DNA of 64,000 nt from Candidatus Latescibacterota bacterium (GTDB lineage Bacteria > Latescibacterota > UBA2968 > GCA-2709665), in NCBI GenBank assembly GCA_965222075.1, contig OZ244937.1:3584001-3648000 (forward strand), given 5' to 3'. The position numbers and the translations under genes were made by a program. The notes under the pieces are model-generated. The model ran no database searches. It was not told where the DNA came from and saw only the letters and a list, made by a program, of their open reading frames with translations. The first letter of the stretch is position 1. Every line of letters begins with the position of its first letter. Shown here piece after piece: positions 18,992 to 28,753 of this stretch.

Positions 18992-19831
18992 ATGAACCCT
19001 CACCACATTGACGACCGCGACTGGTCTGCCCTCACCCTGGGCGAGCGCATCCGTCAGGTCGAGTTGGAAGGCTATCTCGTCCTGCCCGACCTCTTAACGC
19101 CCGACCACATCGAACGGTTAAAGGCCGAAACCGCGCAGCTCGAAACCCGGCCCGTGGACTACAGCGTCCACCAGCGGGGATGCCCGAACATCCAGTTCAG
19201 GGGCGGGGCCATCACCGATCTGGCGGCCCATTCCCCCACCATCGCCTTCTTGAGGGAACTCTTCGGCGGCAACCCCATCATCATGCACTACGGCTACGCC
19301 CGCTCGGAACCCGGCCATCCCGGCATCAGCCTGCACACCGACGGACAGCCCTACGGTTCTGAGATCTTCGGCTACGAAGGCAGCGTCCCCTTAATGGTTC
19401 GGGTGCTTTACTACCTGGAGGACCTCACGCCCGAGGTCTCCCCCTTCCGGGTCGTCCCCCGGTCTCACCTCTCCCTGCACGCCGCCGCCAACCCCTACAA
19501 ACGCTACGCGTCCAACCCCGAAGAGGTTATGGTCCCCGCAAAAGCCGGATCGGCCGTGCTGATTAACCACAAAGTCTTCCACGGAAACTACCCCAACACA
19601 GGGAAATATGCCCGCGAAATGCTCGCCATCGGCTACCGCCCCGCCTGGGCGGGTCCGATCAAAGAGGTGCCCACCTGGGACGAGGGCGACCTGGCCAAAC
19701 TCCCCGATGCCGTGCGTCCCCTCTACGGCGACCGCAACACCCGCCACTGGGACTACCACGGTGGCAACAAACCCCCCAAGATGGCCAGCGAGGCCCCCGG
19801 CCTGAACCCCAGCCGCTGGGAAAGGGTATGA
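18992..19831 (+). CDS. PhyH family dioxygenase
   Basis: GYLVLPDLL, LHTDG, VVPRSH, FHGNYPN. Confidence 0.88.
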   Translation: MNPHHIDDRDWSALTLGERIRQVELEGYLVLPDLLTPDHIERLKAETAQLETRPVDYSVHQRGCPNIQFRGGAITDLAAHSPTIAFLRELFGGNPIIMHYGYARSEPGHPGISLHTDGQPYGSEIFGYEGSVPLMVRVLYYLEDLTPEVSPFRVVPRSHLSLHAAANPYKRYASNPEEVMVPAKAGSAVLINHKVFHGNYPNTGKYAREMLAIGYRPAWAGPIKEVPTWDEGDLAKLPDAVRPLYGDRNTRHWDYHGGNKPPKMASEAPGLNPSRWERV

Positions 19832-19861
19832 TAAAATCTTCTATTTCGAAATCCGCAATCC

Positions 19862-20749
19862 TCAGGTCCTCGGATCCCACTCCTCTCCCAGCTTGTCAAA
19901 CTGCTCGTAGAACGAATCCAGCACCGCCTGCGAAAGCGGGCCTTTCCCCACTAATTCCACGTTCTTCCGCGCGTGTTCCGGATTCGTGGTCCCCACAATC
20001 GCCGTATCGATCGCGTCCTGAGACAGCGTGAAGCGCAGCGACAGCTCCATCGGGTCCCCGGACGCGCCTTCGGGCACCTGAAGGTGCTGCCCCCGCTCCC
20101 AGTAGACATCGGCATAGCTATAAGGAGAGGCCGCCTGCCCGAAAGCGCCGTTGGCGATCGGACGCTTGGCGATCACCCCCATTCCGGCCGCCACGGCCCC
20201 GGGCAGCACCTCGTGCCGCGCCTTCTGGTCCACCAGGTTGAAAGAGGTCTGAAGCGTGCTGAAAAGGCCCATCCGGATCGCCTCCAGGGCGTCCTCCCCG
20301 TCTCCGCTGTAGCCCACGTAGCGGACCTTCCCGGCCTCCTTCGCCTGCATCACCGCCTCAACCGCCTCCCCCACCCGGAGCACCTCCGCCGAGCAGCTGT
20401 GAAGCTGCATCAGGTCGATATGGTCCGTCCCCAGCCGCTTGAGCGACCGGTCGATACTCTCCGTGATCACCTCCCGCGACCAGGGCTCACCGGTCGCTCC
20501 TCCGGCCACGTGCCCGCACTTGCTCGCCAGCACGTACTCCTCCCGCCGCCCGCCGATGAACCGCCCGATCAGTTCCTCACTGTTGTCGTAGCAGGCCGCG
20601 GTGTCGATAAACGTGACCCCGATGTCCAGCAGCGTGTTCAGCACCGCCTCGACCCGATCGTGCAGCGTGTCCTCAATCCCGAACCTCGCGCCTCCAAATC
20701 CGAGGCGGGTGACAACAAGGTCGGTCTTACCCAGCGTTCGTTTCTCCAT
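19862..20749 (-). CDS. Aldo/keto reductase
   Basis: RTLGKT..LGFG, IDTAACY, LASKCG, SLKRLGTDHIDLMQLH. Start ATG 20749. Confidence 0.92.
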   Translation of the reverse strand: MEKRTLGKTDLVVTRLGFGGARFGIEDTLHDRVEAVLNTLLDIGVTFIDTAACYDNSEELIGRFIGGRREEYVLASKCGHVAGGATGEPWSREVITESIDRSLKRLGTDHIDLMQLHSCSAEVLRVGEAVEAVMQAKEAGKVRYVGYSGDGEDALEAIRMGLFSTLQTSFNLVDQKARHEVLPGAVAAGMGVIAKRPIANGAFGQAASPYSYADVYWERGQHLQVPEGASGDPMELSLRFTLSQDAIDTAIVGTTNPEHARKNVELVGKGPLSQAVLDSFYEQFDKLGEEWDPRT

Positions 20750-20934
20750 ATCGCAACCTCCCAACATCTCTCCTCGGTTAAGTGGAAATGAACTTCGCAA
20801 AAGCAAACGTCCGGACAAGCCGGACGATAACAGGCCGGAAACCGTAGGCCACGGACCACATACCCAACTACCCAAATATAGACACAAATAGGCAGGCAAA
20901 CAAGGCCACAATGGAAAAGGCATTCTCGAAACCC

Positions 20935-20963
20935 TTGACAGAAGGGCCGTCCTATCTTACTTT
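20935..20963 (+). promoter_or_regulatory. Putative sigma70 promoter
   Basis: TTGACA-17nt-TACTTT upstream of 21017. Confidence 0.5.
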
Positions 20964-21016
20964 GAACACGATCAGCCCCTTGTTATCGTTCTAACGCATC
21001 TCCATAGAGGTTCCCC

Positions 21017-21343
21017 ATGCACACCGCAGAACTCGGCAGCACCGGTATCCGCGTCTCCCGCCTCTGTTTCGGCACCGGCACCCACGGCTGGGCCGGGCGC
21101 TCGGACCAGGAGCGCATGGACGCAGCCGGCATCGGCGTCTATGGCATGAAAGTGGTCGGCTGTGGCGACCTGGGAAACGACGCCCGGGACGCCATCCACT
21201 TCGTCCTCGACCTCCCCTCGGTAGACGCCATCACCATCGGCATGGCAAGCCGGGATGAAGTGGATGAAAACATCGGCTGGGTCGAATCCCACCTGCCTGT
21301 GCGTCGCACGCAGACAGGCGATCGGTCCTTCCAGCCGGTTTGA
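21017..21343 (+). pseudogene. Internally deleted aldo/keto reductase (N- and C-termini fused) carrying a 27-bp palindromic insert
   Basis: ELGSTGIRVSRLCFGT joined directly to GIGVYGMKV..AITIGMASRDEVDEN; catalytic core missing. Confidence 0.8.
21292..21318 (+). mobile_element. 27-bp palindromic insertion element, copy 1
   Basis: CCTGCCTGTGCGTCGCACGCAGACAGG; exact reverse complement of 58198-58224. Confidence 0.85.
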
Positions 21344-21379
21344 TCACCCTGCGCCAAAACAATACCGAAAGGAACCCGA

Positions 21380-22249
21380 ATGAACAAAATCGCCCAGCGG
21401 TTCAGCTTTGACAGCTATGTCGACGATGGCGGCTACACCCCGGACCTGTATCCCCACCACGAAATCGCCGAAGGTGTCGAGGGGGGATTCGACGGCGTGA
21501 CCGATGAACACATCGAACGCTTTCACGAACAGGGTTACCTGCCCATCCACAACGCCTTGACCGGCGCCGAAGTTCAGGATGTGCTTGCCGGGCTCATCGA
21601 CCTGATCAGTGGAAAAAATCCGGAGTTTAAAGGGGTCCAGTTTGAAAAAAGCGTCCGCGACATCCTGCACACGCTGTCCGGGGAAGAGCGGTGGGATGTC
21701 GTGCGAAAACTCAACTACTTCGTCGGCTACGACGAGCGCCTCACGGCCCTTACAAAACACCCCAAAATGCTGAGTGTGCTTGCTCGCGTCATCGGCGTCC
21801 CTCCCGAACTCTTCGCCCACCAGGCCATCCTCAAGCCGCCCAGAGTCGGCCGCGAGAAGCCCTGGCACCAGGACCACGCCTACTTCAACCTGCCCATGGG
21901 CACCCCCATCGTCAGCGTGTGGGTCTCCTTGGACGAGGCCACCCTCGAAAACGGCTGTATGCACGTCATCCCCGGCACCCACCGACAGGGGCCCCTGGTC
22001 CACTTCAAACGCCGCGACTGGCAGATCTGTGATGCCCATGTTCCCAACGACCACGTCGCGGCCGTGCCCCTCAAACCCGGCGGCTGCCTGCTCTGGCACG
22101 GCCTGATACACCACGGCACCCCGGCCAACACCTCCCCAAAGCGGCGTCGCGCCGTCCAGCTCCACTACATCCCCACAAGCGTAGAACGGACCACCTCCAA
22201 GGAACGCCTGGCCGTTTTTGGCAGCGAGGGCAAAGACGTGACCTGCTAA
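21380..22249 (+). CDS. PhyH family dioxygenase
   Basis: FHEQGYL, KPWHQD, WVSLDEATLENGCMHVIPGTH, HHGTPAN. Confidence 0.92.
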   Translation: MNKIAQRFSFDSYVDDGGYTPDLYPHHEIAEGVEGGFDGVTDEHIERFHEQGYLPIHNALTGAEVQDVLAGLIDLISGKNPEFKGVQFEKSVRDILHTLSGEERWDVVRKLNYFVGYDERLTALTKHPKMLSVLARVIGVPPELFAHQAILKPPRVGREKPWHQDHAYFNLPMGTPIVSVWVSLDEATLENGCMHVIPGTHRQGPLVHFKRRDWQICDAHVPNDHVAAVPLKPGGCLLWHGLIHHGTPANTSPKRRRAVQLHYIPTSVERTTSKERLAVFGSEGKDVTC

Positions 22250-22270
22250 CCCGCGCCGTTAAAATAGACC

Positions 22271-22309
22271 ACAAAGGCCCCAAAGGCAAACCTTCGGGGC
22301 CTTTGTTTG
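22271..22309 (+). terminator. Rho-independent terminator
   Basis: ACAAAGGCCCC-aagg..cctt-GGGGCCTTTGT stem followed by TT. Confidence 0.75.
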
Positions 22310-22441
22310 GGGAACAGAAACTCGATCCCATCTTGAAAGCGTAAAAACTCACCAAAAAGTGTTCACCGTATTGCATCTCAACCTCTTCCCTGTTCTTCCA
22401 TATCCTTACCGAGCCCTTCCGCGATCAAGGGAGAAAAAACC

Positions 22442-23293
22442 ATGTCCCCAAAACACCCCTCTGAAAAAACCAGAGCGCCCGAAGACGGGCCGGCCGAACA
22501 GACAGGGGAAAAACCGAAAAAACTCAAAAAAAAAGCCTATGAAAAAGAACTGGTCAAACTCCAGGTCAAACTGGTCAAATTACAGGAATGGATTAAACAC
22601 AAAGGATTGAAAGTCATTGTCATTTTCGAAGGCCGGGACGCCGCCGGCAAAGGGGGCACCATCAAGCGGATCACCCAGAGCCTGAATCCGCGCATCTGCC
22701 GGGTTGTGGCCCTGGGCACGCCGACCGAGCGTGAGACAACCCAGTGGTACTTTCAGCGCTACATCCCGCACCTCCCGGCCGCGGGAGAGATGGTCCTCTT
22801 CGACCGGAGCTGGTACAACCGCGCCGGTGTCGAGCGCGTTATGGGCTTCTGTACGGATGAGGAGTACGAGGAATTTTTCCGATCCTGTCCCGAGTTCGAA
22901 CGCATGCTTCTCCGGTCGGGCATCCTCCTGATCAAATACTGGTTCTCCGTAAGCGACGAAGAACAGGAATGCCGGTTTCAGGGCCGCATCCACGATCCCA
23001 CAAAGCGCTGGAAGCTCAGCCCGATGGACCTGGAGTCCCGCGCCCGGTGGGTGGAGTACTCCATCGCCAAGGACGAGATGTTCCGCCATACGGATATCAA
23101 ACAGGCCCCCTGGTACGTGGTGAATGCCGATTGTAAACGACGCGCGCGCCTCAACTGCATCCGCCACCTGCTGAGCATCATCCCCTACGAGGATTTAACG
23201 CCTAAACCGATCACATTGCCTCCACGGGAAGCGGACACAGGATACGTGCGCCCGCCGATAACAGACCAGACCTTCGTACCGGAAGTCTACTGA
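22442..23293 (+). CDS. ppk2: Polyphosphate kinase 2
   Basis: FEGRDAAGKGG, FDRSWYNRAGVERVMGFC, WKLSPMD. Confidence 0.96.
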   Translation: MSPKHPSEKTRAPEDGPAEQTGEKPKKLKKKAYEKELVKLQVKLVKLQEWIKHKGLKVIVIFEGRDAAGKGGTIKRITQSLNPRICRVVALGTPTERETTQWYFQRYIPHLPAAGEMVLFDRSWYNRAGVERVMGFCTDEEYEEFFRSCPEFERMLLRSGILLIKYWFSVSDEEQECRFQGRIHDPTKRWKLSPMDLESRARWVEYSIAKDEMFRHTDIKQAPWYVVNADCKRRARLNCIRHLLSIIPYEDLTPKPITLPPREADTGYVRPPITDQTFVPEVY

Positions 23294-23359
23294 GCATCCT
23301 GCTCATTCGGCTTATCCTGTCCACCTGTTTGTGCTTGTGAACGGAGAGGAGGTCCCAAA

Positions 23360-24250
23360 ATGCCCGAATTTCGCGGCGTTTTTCCCGCCATCATCACCCC
23401 CATGACCCCGGACGGCCGGTTCAACGAAGCCGCCTTCCGGAAAGTCATGGAGTTCAACATCCAGGCCGGCGTACACGGATTCTGGATCGCCGGCGGTACC
23501 GGCGAAAGCGTCCTGCTGGACGACGAGGAAAACGGCCGGATGGCCGAAGTCGCCGCCGACCAGTCTCAGGGCAGGGTTACCAACATCATGCACGTCGGCG
23601 CGCCCACCACAACGCGCGCTGCGAAAATGGCCGAACACGCCGCAAAGTCCGGCATCGAAGCCATCTGCTGCGTGCCCCCCTTCTTCTACAGGTCCAGCGA
23701 CGAGGCCATCGGCGAGCACTACAGGACCGTGGCCGCTGCCGCCGACCTGCCCCTCTTCATCTACAACCTGCCCCAGTGCACCGGCATCGAGATCACCCCC
23801 GCCTTAATGGCGAAAATCCAGGAGCGCGTACCCCAGCTGGCCGGGCTGAAGCACTCCGCCCCCACCTTCTCCAACGTGCGGAATTTCGCCAAAATGGGAC
23901 TCTCCTGTCTCATCGGCAGCTGTATGCTCATGCTCCCCGCCCTGACAATTGGCGCGACCGGCTGCGTCGACGGTCCGATCAACACCGCGCCCGAATGCTG
24001 GCTGGAGATCTGGAATGCCTACCGGGATGGAGACCTCAAACGTGCCGAAGCGGCCCAGGACCGGGCCGCGGAAGTGTGCGCGCTCTTTCTGAAATTCGGA
24101 TTCCATGCCGCCATGAAGGCCGCGCTCAGCGAACGGCTGGGCGTCGACTGTGGAGACCCCCGCCCGCCCCAACTCCCGCTCACCCCCGAGCAACGGGCGG
24201 ACCTGAGCAAAAACGTCGCCGAACTCGAGCTGGACAGGGTAACCGTCTGA
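23360..24250 (+). CDS. Dihydrodipicolinate synthase/N-acetylneuraminate lyase family aldolase
   Basis: FRGVFPAIITP, GGTGE, IYNLP, GLKHS. Confidence 0.9.
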   Translation: MPEFRGVFPAIITPMTPDGRFNEAAFRKVMEFNIQAGVHGFWIAGGTGESVLLDDEENGRMAEVAADQSQGRVTNIMHVGAPTTTRAAKMAEHAAKSGIEAICCVPPFFYRSSDEAIGEHYRTVAAAADLPLFIYNLPQCTGIEITPALMAKIQERVPQLAGLKHSAPTFSNVRNFAKMGLSCLIGSCMLMLPALTIGATGCVDGPINTAPECWLEIWNAYRDGDLKRAEAAQDRAAEVCALFLKFGFHAAMKAALSERLGVDCGDPRPPQLPLTPEQRADLSKNVAELELDRVTV

Positions 24251-24270
24251 AAGGTGAAGGAGAAAATCCC

Positions 24271-25881
24271 ATGCCCAGAACCGGCGCAGAGCAGGTTGTC
24301 GACGCCCTGATCGATGCGGGCGTTAAACACCTGTTCACGCTCTCCGGCAACCAGATCCTCTCCGTCTACGACGCCACCATCGGGCGCGACATCCAGCTTA
24401 TCCACACGCGCCACGAGGCCGCCGCCGTGCACATGGCCGATGGCTGGGGGCGGTTGACCGAAGGGCCGGGCGTCGCCCTGCTCACTGCCGGACCGGGGCA
24501 TCTCAACGGCCTCTCCGCCCTCTACGTTGCGCAAATGGCGGAATCCCCGGTCGTACTCCTGAGCGGGCACTGCCCCCACGCCCAAATCGGCAGTGGCGCG
24601 TTTCAGGAGATCGACCAGGTTGCCGCCGCCGGGCCGGTCACAAAGGGATCGTGGCTGGTCGAAGACCCCGGCCGCCTGGGCGCGGAGGTCGCCGCCGCCC
24701 TCTCCCTCTCCCGCACGGGACGCCCCGGCCCCGTCCACCTCAGCCTCCCTGCCGACGCTCTGGAAGCCCTCGCATCCGCGCCGTCCGAACCCCCTTCCGC
24801 CGCCGAACCGGACACCACCGAAATAGACGATGCCCGAATCGACGACACCCTCACCCTCCTTGCCGGTGCAAACCATCCCCTGATCCTGGCCGGACCGGCC
24901 ATGGGACGTCCCCTGCGATGGCCGGACGTGGAACGGCTCTCGGAGATCACAGGCATCCCCGCCCTGCCGATGGAAAGCCCGCGCGGGGTCAACGACCCCT
25001 GGCTGCATATGGCCGCGACCTGCCTCGCCGATGCAGACCTCGTGCTGCTTGTGGGAAAAAAGCTGGACTTCTCGCTCCGGTTCGGCCGGCCGCCTTTCTT
25101 CTCTAAGACATGCCGTTTCATCCGGATCGACGCCGATGAGGAACAGCTGCGTAAAGACGAACGTGTCGTACTCACCCTGCACAGCGATCCCACGCCGGTC
25201 GTCCGGCAGCTAACAGCAGCGGCACAGGCGCAAACCTGGCAGCCCGGCGCCTGGCGCGAAAAGGTCGCAGAAGCCCGGAGCACCACACCCCCCGAATGGG
25301 AACACCTGCGCCAGGCGTCCCATCAGCCTATCCACCCGTTGCGTGTGTGCGAGGCCCTTCAACCGTTTCTGAACGACGACGTATTCATCAGCGACGGGGG
25401 CGAGTTCGGCCAGTGGGCGCAGGCCAGCCTGGAAGCCCGATGCCGTCTCATCAACGGTCCCTCCGGCGCCATCGGCAGCGCCCTCCCTATGGCCCTTGCC
25501 GCCAAACTCGCACATCCACAGCGGCAGGTCTTCGTCCTCTTAGGCGACGGCACCTTCGGCTACCACGCCTTAGAACTCGACACCGCTCTGCGCTACACCC
25601 TGCCCATCATTGTCATTGTCGGCAACGACGCCCGCTGGAACGCCGAGCACCAGTTGCAAATCCGGAACTACGGCCCGGACCGCACCATCGGCTGCGACCT
25701 GCTCCCCTCCCGCTACGACAAAGTAGCGGAAGCCTTAGGCGCACATGGCGAATTCGTCCAGCGCCCCGAAGACCTCACCCCCGCGCTGGAACGCGCAGTC
25801 GTCTCGGCACTGCCCGCGTGCGTCAACATCGCCATCGAAAGCGTCCCCGCGCCCACGTTTCGATTAGAAGAGGGGGTATGA
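24271..25881 (+). CDS. Thiamine pyrophosphate-dependent enzyme (acetolactate synthase-like)
   Basis: RHEAAAVHMADG, TAGPG, GRPGPVHL, GDG..ND. Start ATG 24271. Confidence 0.92.
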   Translation: MPRTGAEQVVDALIDAGVKHLFTLSGNQILSVYDATIGRDIQLIHTRHEAAAVHMADGWGRLTEGPGVALLTAGPGHLNGLSALYVAQMAESPVVLLSGHCPHAQIGSGAFQEIDQVAAAGPVTKGSWLVEDPGRLGAEVAAALSLSRTGRPGPVHLSLPADALEALASAPSEPPSAAEPDTTEIDDARIDDTLTLLAGANHPLILAGPAMGRPLRWPDVERLSEITGIPALPMESPRGVNDPWLHMAATCLADADLVLLVGKKLDFSLRFGRPPFFSKTCRFIRIDADEEQLRKDERVVLTLHSDPTPVVRQLTAAAQAQTWQPGAWREKVAEARSTTPPEWEHLRQASHQPIHPLRVCEALQPFLNDDVFISDGGEFGQWAQASLEARCRLINGPSGAIGSALPMALAAKLAHPQRQVFVLLGDGTFGYHALELDTALRYTLPIIVIVGNDARWNAEHQLQIRNYGPDRTIGCDLLPSRYDKVAEALGAHGEFVQRPEDLTPALERAVVSALPACVNIAIESVPAPTFRLEEGV

Positions 25882-25919
25882 ACATCCTCATCACCTCAGC
25901 TTGTCCGGGAGAGCTATCC

Positions 25920-26456
25920 GTGAATAGACCCGAACTCGCCAGACGCATCATGGCAGCATCCTTTCTAACCGGCCAGTTCAAATTGCGGTCCGGACAGACC
26001 AGTTCATTCTACTGGGACAAATACAGATTCGAAAGCGACCCGGTATTGCTGAGCGCTATTGTGGATGAACTGGAGAATCTGCTGCCGTCCGCTTTCGACA
26101 AACTGGCCGGATTGGAGCTGGGCGGCGTTCCACTGGCAACCGGTCTATCTCTAAAAACGGGCAATCCCTGTCTATTTGTCCGCAAAGAGGCCAAACCCTA
26201 TGGAACCTGCAACCTGGTGGAGGGTGGATTCCACGCGGGAGAAACGGTCGTCGCCGTCGAAGACGTCGTAACCACCGCGGGACAGATGTGCGAATCAATC
26301 GCACGGATGAGGGAGGCAGGGTTGCAGGTTCAACATGCGATCTGTGTGATTGACCGCCAGCAGGGCGGCGAGGAGAACCTGAAAGCTATCGGATGCTCAC
26401 TGCATTCGGTCTTCTCACTGGAAGACCTCGAACACCTGGCTCAGGGCAGTGGGTAA
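25920..26456 (+). CDS. pyrE: Orotate phosphoribosyltransferase
   Basis: GQFKLRSG..YWDKY, VRKEAKPYG, VEDVVTTAG. Start GTG 25920 (in-frame ATG at 25878 also possible). Confidence 0.88.
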   Translation: MNRPELARRIMAASFLTGQFKLRSGQTSSFYWDKYRFESDPVLLSAIVDELENLLPSAFDKLAGLELGGVPLATGLSLKTGNPCLFVRKEAKPYGTCNLVEGGFHAGETVVAVEDVVTTAGQMCESIARMREAGLQVQHAICVIDRQQGGEENLKAIGCSLHSVFSLEDLEHLAQGSG

Positions 26457-26498
26457 TGCTGCTGCGACCTCCACCCTGATTTTAAGTGCCGGATATGC

Positions 26499-26527
26499 TT
26501 GAATCTTGACAGTTTGGACATTATATT
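26499..26527 (+). promoter_or_regulatory. Putative sigma70 promoter
   Basis: TTGAAT-17nt-TATATT upstream of 26585. Confidence 0.5.
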
Positions 26528-26584
26528 GGGTACAGTCAGAAGAGAACTTACCAAAAACTGTTCACAGTATTGAATATAGAAACA

Positions 26585-28675
26585 ATGTTAATCCCCGAAT
26601 CCGAGTGGCCCTCCCTTCGCCGGCGGGCCCAATCGCAGACGTTCAAGACCGCCGTACGCAGGCTCCGGCAGGACGTCGACGCATTCCTGGACAGGCCCAT
26701 CGACATCCCCTCCGAACCGGCGGGCTACTACCACGACTACTTCTGTGCCGAGCACGGCTGCCAGCTCACCTTCAACTCGGCGACCCCGACGGTGCACCGC
26801 TGCCCGGTCGACGGCGCGCAGTATGAGGGCACCCGCTATGACGCGGCCTGGCGCTGGTCGGCGAACAACCTCCTCTCCGAATCCGCAATCCGGCTGGCCC
26901 TGCGCTGGCGCCTGGAGGAGAACCCGGTCTACCTGAAACGCGTGGCCGACACCCTGACCGGCTACGCTGCGCGGTACGCGGACTACCGCCGTGTGGAACG
27001 TTCCAACACAAACCCGGGCGTGGCCACCTACACCACCTTAGACGAGGCCGTATGGCTCATCCCCCTGACCTGGGCGTTCGACCTGGTGCGCCCCGCCCTG
27101 TCGCAGGAACAGGCGGCCGCCATCGCCGACCAGTTGCTCGCCCCTGCCGCCGAATACCTCGTTCAGCGCCACTACGGAGGGATTCACAACTTCTCCTGCT
27201 GGCACAACGCCGCCATCGGCACCGTCGGCCTCGTGCTGGACCGGCCCGACCTGACCGACTTTGCGGTTGACGGAGAATTCGGCTTTCATGCGCAGCTGCG
27301 CGAGGGCGTCCTCTCCGACGGTCTGTGGTTCGAAGGCTCGGTGAGCTATCACTTCTACGCCTTAGCCGGCCTCCTCGCCCAGGCAAAAGCCACATACCAC
27401 ATCTCCGACCTCGACCTGCGGTCCCACCCAACCCTGCATGCCATGCTCTCCGCGCCCATCCAGTGCGCCTACCCGGACGGCTCCCTGCCCGCTCCCAACG
27501 ACTGCTGGTACTTTACCTCCCTCCTGGGCGACTGTTGCCACGGTGTCCCGCCCGCCCCTGCCTTCTACGAAATCGGCTACGCCTGGTACGACGATGCCCA
27601 TTTTGCCCGGGTGCTCCACAGCGCCTATGGCCATATCCTCCGCGACAGCTTAGACGCCCTGCTCTTCGGCAAAGACGAGATCCCGCCGGCCGGCCTGCAA
27701 CCCCAGCCCAGCGTCAACCTGTCCGGTTCCGGCTACGCCATCCTGCGCTCCCCACCGCCGGACCCGGAGTCCGACCCGGAAGACCAGCAATACCTCCTCT
27801 TAAAATACGGCCCCCACGGGGGCGGTCACGGCCACCCCGACAAGCTGAGCCTCATCCTCTACGCCCACGGCCGCCGCCTCGCCCCCGACCTGGGAACACC
27901 CGGCTACGGCCTTGACCTCTTCCAGACCTGGTACCGCCAGACCCTCAGCCACAACACCGCAACCCTCGACGGCCTGTCACAGCCCCCTGCCCAGGGACAA
28001 CTGCACCGCTTCCGGAGCGAGGGACCTTTCCAGTTGGCGGACGCCGGCGTAACCTGGGACAGCGGTCCCTACGGTGGAGTCTCCATGCGGCGCGTCATCC
28101 TCACCCGCCCGGACTATTTTCTGGACCTCTTCCTGGTCGAACCCGACCGCCCCCGTCGGATTGACTGGATCTACCGCACCGCCGGTGCCTGCGAAACATC
28201 CCTGGACCTCGAACCCGTCGCCACCGCCGGTGAGGGGGACGGATATGAACACCTCACCAGCGTGTACAGAGCAAATTCCAACAGCGACTTTGTGTCTACC
28301 TGGCAGTCCGATGGCGCCGGACTCCGGTGTTTTGTCCCGGGTTTCTCCAGCGCCGAGATCCTGACCGGCCTGGCCCCGGGCAACCCGCCCACAGACCTGC
28401 ACACAACCCTCATCCAGCGCCGCCACACCAGAACCACCGCCTTCCTCTCGGTCTTCCATCCTCATACCCATCCCCCCCGGATCACCTCCGTCGACTGGAC
28501 CGGCCGCGACCTGATGGAAACCGGCTGGGCCGGCTGCACCGTCCACCTTCCCGACGCCTCCGAACACTGGACCCTCCGCCTGACCCCCGACACGGTTGCA
28601 CCACCCGGCCCCGAGAACGTGGACGGCCATTTTGAATATTTCCTAAAGAATGTCGCAGGAGCCCCCGCACGTTAG
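26585..28675 (+). CDS. Heparinase II/III family (PL17 oligoalginate lyase-like) protein
   Basis: IHNF..WHNAA, DGLWFEGS, HGGGHGHPDKLS, DLGTPGYG, HNT; no signal peptide. Confidence 0.85.
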   Translation: MLIPESEWPSLRRRAQSQTFKTAVRRLRQDVDAFLDRPIDIPSEPAGYYHDYFCAEHGCQLTFNSATPTVHRCPVDGAQYEGTRYDAAWRWSANNLLSESAIRLALRWRLEENPVYLKRVADTLTGYAARYADYRRVERSNTNPGVATYTTLDEAVWLIPLTWAFDLVRPALSQEQAAAIADQLLAPAAEYLVQRHYGGIHNFSCWHNAAIGTVGLVLDRPDLTDFAVDGEFGFHAQLREGVLSDGLWFEGSVSYHFYALAGLLAQAKATYHISDLDLRSHPTLHAMLSAPIQCAYPDGSLPAPNDCWYFTSLLGDCCHGVPPAPAFYEIGYAWYDDAHFARVLHSAYGHILRDSLDALLFGKDEIPPAGLQPQPSVNLSGSGYAILRSPPPDPESDPEDQQYLLLKYGPHGGGHGHPDKLSLILYAHGRRLAPDLGTPGYGLDLFQTWYRQTLSHNTATLDGLSQPPAQGQLHRFRSEGPFQLADAGVTWDSGPYGGVSMRRVILTRPDYFLDLFLVEPDRPRRIDWIYRTAGACETSLDLEPVATAGEGDGYEHLTSVYRANSNSDFVSTWQSDGAGLRCFVPGFSSAEILTGLAPGNPPTDLHTTLIQRRHTRTTAFLSVFHPHTHPPRITSVDWTGRDLMETGWAGCTVHLPDASEHWTLRLTPDTVAPPGPENVDGHFEYFLKNVAGAPAR

Positions 28676-28753
28676 AGCGGGGTTTGACCTCCCGGGGCAA
28701 ACCACCACCGCGAACAATGATCTTGCGGCCAAAAGCCGCGAAAGGCTGATCTG

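Noticed and set aside
20790-20925. A/C-rich low-complexity stretch between divergent aldo/keto reductase genes
   Set aside because: No consistent repeat unit, ORF or fold could be defined.
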